Assembly (NCBI GenBank): GCA_963804995.1
Contig: CAWDSK010000006.1
Coordinates: 448,001-512,000 of the forward strand
Direction: 5' to 3'
Origin: an uncultured Acidobacteriota bacterium
Lineage (GTDB): Bacteria > Acidobacteriota > Terriglobia > UBA7540
Length of the DNA: 64,000 nt
Within the stretch, counting starts at the first letter, position 1. Each line of letters opens with the position of its first letter. A program made the translations under genes and the position numbers. The notes beneath the pieces are model-generated. The model worked only from the letters and a program-made list of their open reading frames with translations. It did no database searches and was not told the DNA's origin. Below, in pieces: positions 57,977 through 64,000 of this stretch.

Positions 57977-59821
57977 TTAGTTTACAGCCTCCTGGGAAAC
58001 GATGTTATCGGTCAGCGAGCGCGCGTCGGGGGGTAAGCCATCGTAATGGCGGACGCTGCGGAGCTTTGCGATTTCCTCCGCGCTACATTCCAGCCGCAAC
58101 AGAGCCAGCATTTGGGCGTCGCGGTTCTGGTCGATAACGTACACGCGCTGGTGACGCTCGATGAAATCGTGGACTTCACGGTTAAAGGGATAAGCACGCA
58201 GGCGGCAATAGCTCGCGTCAATGTTATGCTCGCACCGCAACTGGTCGAGACTCTCTTCGACGGCCCAGTGACTGGTTCCGTAGGCGATAATACCAACCTC
58301 GTGCTTTTCAGATTCCGTAATGACCGGCCCGGGAACTTTCTGGCGCGCGGTATCGAACTTGCGGGCCAGCCGGTCGACGTTGTTCACGTAAACATCGGGC
58401 CGCTCGCTGTAGATGGCCTTTTCGTTGTGGCCGCTGCCGCGTGCGAACCACCCGGCCAGACGCTCCGGAGTTCCCGGCAGGGTGCGGTAACCGACGCCGT
58501 CGCCATCGACGTCTTTGTAGCGCTCGAACCCCCCCATTTGCCGCACTTGCTCGGCGCTCAGCACCTTGCCGCGGGCCATGGGTTTTTCCGGGTACGGGAA
58601 GGGGTCTGACATCCAGGTATTCATTCCCAAATCCAGGTCGCACATCACAAAGACCGGAGTCTGCAGCTCTTCCGCGATGTCAAAGGCATCGATCGCCATG
58701 GTGAAGCATTCAATCATGGAGCAAGGGAGCAGCATGGGATGCTGGGTATCGCCGTGCGAAAGGAGGGCGGTGGAGAGGATGTCGCCTTGGGCGGTGCGGG
58801 TGGGCAGACCCGTTGAGGGCCCCACGCGTTGAATATCGAAGATGACCGTCGGGATTTCCACGTAGTAGCCGAATCCCACGAACTCCGCCATCAGGGAAAC
58901 CCCGGGCCCGGAGGTCGAAGTCATGGAGCGCGCTCCGGCCCAGCCCGCGCCCAGCGCCATGCCCACGGCCGCCAGTTCATCCTCCGCCTGCACGATGGCG
59001 AACGTGGCCTTCCCCGTCTCCTTGTCGATGCGATAGCGCTTCATGTATTCGATCAGCGTTTCGCAGAGCGAGGAGGAAGGGGTGATAGGGTACCAAGTCA
59101 CCACCGTGACGCCTGCGAACATCGAACCCAGGGCCGCTGCGGCATTGCCTTCAATCAGAATCTTGCCTTCGGTGGCGTTCATGCGCTCCACGACGTAGGG
59201 ATCCAACTTTACTAGATTCTTCTCGGCAAACTCATAGCCTGCCTTTGCGGCGTTCCAGTTAAGTTCCGCCGCCTTGGCCTTTTTCTTGAACTGCTTCTGG
59301 AGGGCCCGGTGGATTTCCTCCATCTCGATTCCCAACAGCTTGGCCAGGACGCCGTCGTAAATCATATTGCGGACCAGTTTGCGCAGCCGTGCGTCCGGGC
59401 AAACCGGCTGGACGAGCTGGTCAAAGGGCACCGGATAGAAATTCACATCATTGCGCAGACGCTTGAGGTTCAGGCGCTCGTCGTAAACGCAGGAGGCTCC
59501 CGGCTTCAGGCCCAGCACATCTTCTTCAGCGGTCTCGGGATTCATCGCCACCATGTATTCGCTGTCCCGGCGGCGGGCGATGTAGCCATGCTTGGAAGCG
59601 CGGATGGTAAACCAGGTGGGAAGTCCGGCAATGTTGGAGGGGAAAAGGTTCTTCCCTGACACCGGAATTCCCATTTGAAAAAGCGCTCGCAGCAGAACCA
59701 GGTTGGCGGTTTGGCTTCCGGACCCGTTGACGGTGGCTACCTGAATACTGAGGTCGTTCACGCTGCGCGCTTGGCCCACCGGCGGCGCAGCTTCTTGCGG
59801 CTCAACGTGCGTAGTTGCCAT
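57977..59821 (-). CDS. korA: 2-oxoacid:acceptor oxidoreductase subunit alpha
   Basis: YPITPSS, QAEDE, TSGPG and QRVGPSTGLPT motifs. Confidence 0.92.
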   Translation of the reverse strand: MATTHVEPQEAAPPVGQARSVNDLSIQVATVNGSGSQTANLVLLRALFQMGIPVSGKNLFPSNIAGLPTWFTIRASKHGYIARRRDSEYMVAMNPETAEEDVLGLKPGASCVYDERLNLKRLRNDVNFYPVPFDQLVQPVCPDARLRKLVRNMIYDGVLAKLLGIEMEEIHRALQKQFKKKAKAAELNWNAAKAGYEFAEKNLVKLDPYVVERMNATEGKILIEGNAAAALGSMFAGVTVVTWYPITPSSSLCETLIEYMKRYRIDKETGKATFAIVQAEDELAAVGMALGAGWAGARSMTSTSGPGVSLMAEFVGFGYYVEIPTVIFDIQRVGPSTGLPTRTAQGDILSTALLSHGDTQHPMLLPCSMIECFTMAIDAFDIAEELQTPVFVMCDLDLGMNTWMSDPFPYPEKPMARGKVLSAEQVRQMGGFERYKDVDGDGVGYRTLPGTPERLAGWFARGSGHNEKAIYSERPDVYVNNVDRLARKFDTARQKVPGPVITESEKHEVGIIAYGTSHWAVEESLDQLRCEHNIDASYCRLRAYPFNREVHDFIERHQRVYVIDQNRDAQMLALLRLECSAEEIAKLRSVRHYDGLPPDARSLTDNIVSQEAVN

Positions 59822-60117
59822 CGGACTCCTCTTTGTTTCCCTTATGAGATTGTATCAAGTCAGAAATCGCTTCCCTTGGCACGCGCCCCAGGCATGCGCC
59901 AGAATCAGCGTGGTGCGGTACCCCCATAGCAACGCAGATGCCAAAAAGTGAAGCTGTCTGATGCGAACGCCCCCGGTCCTGAGATAGAACTACCCGAGCA
60001 TTGCAAACTGGAGCCGGGCTGCCCACGCGCTCGAACTTTTTATTATAGCAAACAAGCTGCAAGACTTGGCCCATAAGATGCAAGTTCACATGGAATGCAC
60101 GGTCCCTGAACCTGAGC

Positions 60118-60469
60118 CAGCGCAGACCTGTTTTGTAGCGCGGTCCCCCGATTTTGGGGTCCGCGGTTCTTCATTTGGCAAACCCACGAAGCTCCGACAT
60201 GGACGGTCGCGCCGCAACTATTCCTTCGCCACGATACATTTGCTCAATTGGCACAGGAAGAACCGCGGACCTCAACGGCGGAGGTCCGCGCGACAAGAGC
60301 ACTAACTCGCCCCGACGCGTCGGGGCGATTTACGTCGCGTTCACAGCCAGGAGTGGCTGTGCTACAGCTCGGGTTTGGCGGCAGGCGGGCGCGGTAGCAC
60401 AGGCACTCTTGCCTGTAATTGCGGCTTGAGGTTTGAGATGAGCGACACAGCCAGGAGTGGCTGTGCTAC
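60118..60469. repeat. REP/REPIN cluster: a GTAGCGCGG family REPIN (60135-60294) and three GTAGCACAG-family REPs (60342-60469)
   Basis: CACAGCCAGGAGTGGCTGTGCTAC occurs twice, plus an inverted GTAGCACAGGCACTCTTGCCTGT. Confidence 0.8.
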
Positions 60470-60507
60470 AGCTTTGGCCCGCTGGGGCAGAGGGCCATGC
60501 AGACTAA

Positions 60508-61416
60508 GAGCTTATCCGTAAATAATAGTTGAAGCCTGCTACAATTTGATGCATGATTATGACCCAAGATGCCGCAGATAAAATCTTGGGAAGTATCCGA
60601 CGAGTTTTGGGTGAAAGTCGAACCGCTGATTCCCGTTCGACAGCGGTCGAAAGGTCGAAAGTATAGACGGAAGCCGGGGGGTGGGAGGAAGCCAATGCCG
60701 GCGCGCCGGATCTTCTCGGCCATTGTGTATGTGCTGCGCACGGGATGTCAGTGGAAGGCCTTGCCCAAGGAATTCGGCAGCGCGAGCGCGATCCACAAGC
60801 ATTTTCAACAGTGGCAGCGGGCGGGTTTCTTTCTGGCGCTGTGGCGGTCGGGGCTGGCTGAGTACGATGATCTGGAGGGCATTGCCTGGGACTGGCAAAG
60901 CATCGACGGGGCCTTGGTGAAAGCCCCTCTGGCCTTGGCGTGTGTGGGACCGAATCCCACGGATCGGGGAAAAAAATGGGCGCAAGCGAAGTTTGTTAGT
61001 CGACGGGCGTGGCGTCCCACTGTCGCTCGCCGTCAGCGGAGCCAACGTCCATGATGTGAAGCTGCTGGCCACCACCCTCGACCAGGTGGTGAGAGCGCGA
61101 CCGGCGCCGAGACCGAGAAAGCCCCAGCACCTCTGCGCCGATGCGGGTTACAAGGGATCCCCCGCTCGGCAAGCGGCCACGAACCGCCACTACCGGCCGC
61201 ATATCAAGCAACGGCGAGAAGAGATGAAAGCAAAGCTCCTCGTCCCCGGTTACAAGGCGCGCCGCTGGGTGGTCGAGCGGACCCATTCCTGGCTCAACCG
61301 ATACCGTAAGGTGTTGGTGAGCTTTGAAAAGACCGAGGAAAGCTATATCGCCTTACTGACCTTAGCCGCGGCCATGATCTGCTGGCGACAGACGATTATT
61401 ATTTACGGATAAGCTC
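60508..61416 (+). mobile_element. IS5-family insertion sequence (909 bp)
   Basis: Perfect 19-bp terminal inverted repeats GAGCTTATCCGTAAATAAT; TAA duplicated at 60505-60507 and 61417-61419. Confidence 0.93.
60569..61412 (+). CDS. IS5-family DDE transposase in two frames joined by a -1 frameshift at GGGGAAAAAAA (60966-60976)
   Basis: orfA YVLRTGCQWKALP and SIDG; orfB ADAGY and RWVVERTHSWL. Confidence 0.9.
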
Positions 61417-61434
61417 TAAGATGCGGGGCCTCGG

Positions 61435-61941
61435 TTAGACCTGATTAAAAGGCAAGACTTTCCACCGTCCGCTGGTCTCGCAGACGAGGCAACTGCGAGG
61501 TATTCCACCTTCCTCCTCTCCCATGGCCAAAAGCTTCTCATCGATCCGCAGGGACACACGTTCGGAGCAAGTGGGGCACTCCAGCACTACTCGCACCGTG
61601 AATTGATCGCTCGGTTCGAGAGCGGGAAGTTCCACACCCCACATATTCTTCTCCGGGTCCAGGCTCGCGACCCCCCAATAGGTATACTGGGGCTTCAAGC
61701 CCTCGACTTTCCCCACCACCCGAAAAGGAGCATCCTGGCACGTGGAAAGACTGTAAAGATGAATCTCTTGATCCGGTAGAAGTTGGTGGGTCAGGCGAAT
61801 CTTGGCCCCATGCTGATTGACCACGTCAGTCACCGAATCCTCGGTGAAAAACTTTCCTTGATAGTCAGACCCGAAGATTCGTATGGGGACAGAGAGCACA
61901 ACCCGACAACTGCGCCGGAACTGATAACCTGGCATAAGCAA
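61435..61941 (-). CDS. PilZ-like domain protein with a C-terminal zinc ribbon
   Basis: RRSCR and VNQHGA match the RxxxR / NxxG pattern; CPTC...CLVC. Confidence 0.75.
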   Translation of the reverse strand: MLMPGYQFRRSCRVVLSVPIRIFGSDYQGKFFTEDSVTDVVNQHGAKIRLTHQLLPDQEIHLYSLSTCQDAPFRVVGKVEGLKPQYTYWGVASLDPEKNMWGVELPALEPSDQFTVRVVLECPTCSERVSLRIDEKLLAMGEEEGGIPRSCLVCETSGRWKVLPFNQV

Positions 61942-62749
61942 GCCTCCGGGTTTTATCTAGGTCCAATTGCATCGGAGTATACATGAGAGAGCTTAGGTTT
62001 TCGAGTAAGAAATTACTAACATATTATCTGCCGAGGGGATCAGTTCGCCGGCAGCCGCGGCTCTGGCTGTTGCGCCTCCAGCAGGCTCAAAGCATCCGAG
62101 ATCTCGTCCAACAAATCGCGCGCCCCCGGCTGCCCCGCACTCGCCGCCGCCACAATTCCGTATGCACAATTGAGGCAGAGGCAATAAGAGCGGCTCTCCA
62201 CAATCTCACTGGGGCGGCAAACTGCGCACGGCCAGTCGTCACACGAATGAACCAGCAACCCCCCAGGCGTCATGGCAAAATCCACGGTAAACCCCCGGCC
62301 GATTGCACTTGCTTAGAGCAAGTAGGCCACCACTGTTGATTATCGGATTTCGGGGGCTAAGCTTAAGGGCGGGAGCGCACTAGTTTGCTCAGGGGTGATT
62401 GATGGGGCCTCTTTGGGCAACAAGGGCTGACAGGGTGTCGCTGAGGCGCGGGCTGCCTGCCCCGATGCCTTGGGGTCCCGGCCGTCGGCCCGGCGTTCCT
62501 CCAACAAATCCGAACTCAACCTAAGATTTCTGGTGATGGGACGACTCTGAGGAAAAGAACTCGCTAAGCAAAAACGGTAGGACGCACGCAGATCCCGGCA
62601 GGTTTTGCCCGCCAGGCACAACCCACTTCGTTGATCGCTGAACTGCCATGTTTACCGCAGAGGCGCAGAGACGCTGGGGAAAACATTCCTTTCAAATCAC
62701 TGTGTCGCTGTGGGGGGAAAGAAAAGTCTTTGCGGACGGCGGCCACTAG

Positions 62750-62972
62750 TGTCCTGAGTCAGAAGTTCGCTGACAAAGTCCCATTGGGTTCAAAGGCGAC
62801 CCCCTCACCCCCCGGCCCCTCTGTCGCCGCGGCGACCGAGGGGAGAGTTAATCTGAATTTGTCGCCCTCGCCCCTTTGGGGGAGAGGGTGGACCGCCACC
62901 GGCGTTTTCATCAGCCGGGGCGGGACGGGTGAGGGTGTTCTCTAATAATCAGCGAACTTCTGACTCATGACA
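62750..62972. mobile_element. 223-bp MITE carrying an internal CCCTCACCC palindromic repeat
   Basis: 24-bp terminal inverted repeats TGTC(C/A)TGAGTCAGAAGTTCGCTGA, flanked by CTAG on both sides. Confidence 0.8.
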
Positions 62973-63025
62973 CTAGCTGGACCCGACAACATCTTCACCC
63001 CCGGAAGAGAGGGCCGGGGGCTAGA

Positions 63026-64000
63026 TTACTTCGACGGCACCGCATGCTCTTTGACGTACTTCTCGATGCGGGGATCCACATCGGCGCCGGAAGCTCCCGG
63101 GGGGATGTAATGGAACGCTTCGGCGTACTCAACGCCGTATTGTCTGCCCAACTCGCGGTCGGGTCCCAGGAAAAATTCCTTGATGTAATTGCGATCGGCG
63201 GTGGCATCGTCGTCGCCGAGCAGAGGCAGGACCTCATGGCGCTTCGCCAATTCCGCCCGCAACTTTGCTCCGTTGTGGCCGCCCGGGCCTTTCCAAACGT
63301 TAGCCCGGATGGATTCGATCTTCTTATCGATTTGCTTGCTGATATCGACTACGCGGGTAATCTCCGGCCGCCGGGCGAAGTAATACTTCTCCTGCACTTC
63401 ATGGGGCGTGAGGCCAGCCGCGAATTGCTCCTCGTAGTCATGCTCGCGGCCGGCCATCCAGCACGCCGCTTCCGTGGCCTTGGCGATGGTGTAATGATCG
63501 GGATTTTCTTCGTCGTGCGCCCAGGGATCCCAGCAAACAACGGTATCCGCCTTCACCAACCGGATGATCAAAATGAGGCGGCTGATCACCTCGTTCACCG
63601 AAACGTCGGCCATGCGGTGGTTACTGTAGTTCAGGTTGAAGACCTTCACGCAACCCATGGCCCGCGCCACTTCCGCGTTATCGCGCTCGTTGCCGAGAGC
63701 GCCTTCAGAAATCGTTCCGCGCGTGCCCAGCCCCGGTGAGTCCCCCATATCATCGTTGGTGGCGCGCACCAGGTAGCCCGTGTAGCCTTCTTCGATCAGT
63801 TTGGCCACCGTGCCCGAAGACGAAAAGGGTATATCGTCGGAATGGGCCTGGATGGCGAGAAGAGCCTTCCCCTTGTGCGGTTGGCCGGCGAGTTGCCCCT
63901 CAAAAAAGACCCCGCTTGCCGCCTGTGGCCGCGGGGGCTGAGATTGAGCGAACTGTGCCAGGGCACTTCCGGCAATCAAACTGTAAAAGAAATCGCGTCG
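63026..64000 (-). CDS. PIG-L/LmbE family deacetylase with a Tat signal (start beyond the right edge)
   Basis: AHSDD and NPDH metal motifs; the frame continues to the edge as RRDFFYSLIAGSALAQ. Confidence 0.85.
   Translation of the reverse strand, partial: RRDFFYSLIAGSALAQFAQSQPPRPQAASGVFFEGQLAGQPHKGKALLAIQAHSDDIPFSSSGTVAKLIEEGYTGYLVRATNDDMGDSPGLGTRGTISEGALGNERDNAEVARAMGCVKVFNLNYSNHRMADVSVNEVISRLILIIRLVKADTVVCWDPWAHDEENPDHYTIAKATEAACWMAGREHDYEEQFAAGLTPHEVQEKYYFARRPEITRVVDISKQIDKKIESIRANVWKGPGGHNGAKLRAELAKRHEVLPLLGDDDATADRNYIKEFFLGPDRELGRQYGVEYAEAFHYIPPGASGADVDPRIEKYVKEHAVPSK

Noticed and set aside
62040..62621. Cys-rich 81-aa ORF and neighbouring 93-aa ORF
   Set aside because: The first could be a small zinc-binding protein, but there is no clear start, ribosome-binding site or family motif to support a call.

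Overview
A 64-kb bacterial chromosomal window, most likely Acidobacteriota (Terriglobia-like). The taxonomic call rests on an ADOP-type orphan ABC permease, a PilZ plus zinc-ribbon protein and the rplM-rpsI-rpsB-tsf-pyrH gene order. Left to right it holds: (1) a translation operon; (2) a repeat-filled spacer and a cytochrome P450; (3) a large type IVa pilus locus, pilB-pilT-pilC-pilS-pilR-pilA, with a second pilA encoding an identical mature pilin, two TMTC-like GT-C/TPR glycosyltransferases, an ABC exporter, a PAP2/IPT-like enzyme and lolA; (4) an NtrY/NtrX-like pair separated by about 10.5 kb of accessory DNA (ADOP permease, MNT-HEPN toxin-antitoxin, dense REP/REPIN repeats, and a four-gene SIR2-HerA-KTSC-zinc-finger operon); (5) bioBFDA; (6) phoH-ybeY-corC-era; (7) a complete group II intron inserted inside a GTAG-type REP palindrome; (8) queA, an rRNA methyltransferase, VapBC and HicBA modules, korAB, an IS5-family element, a MITE, and a Tat-exported PIG-L deacetylase that runs off the right edge. 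Four single-base +1 frameshifts (pilC, queA, vapC and a secreted protein) look like sequencing errors. The best candidates for new biology are a TMTC-like pilin glycosylation locus with twin homogenised pilins, the extended SIR2-HerA defence operon, and a group II intron that appears to target REP palindromes. All calls come from reading motifs by eye; no database searches were run.
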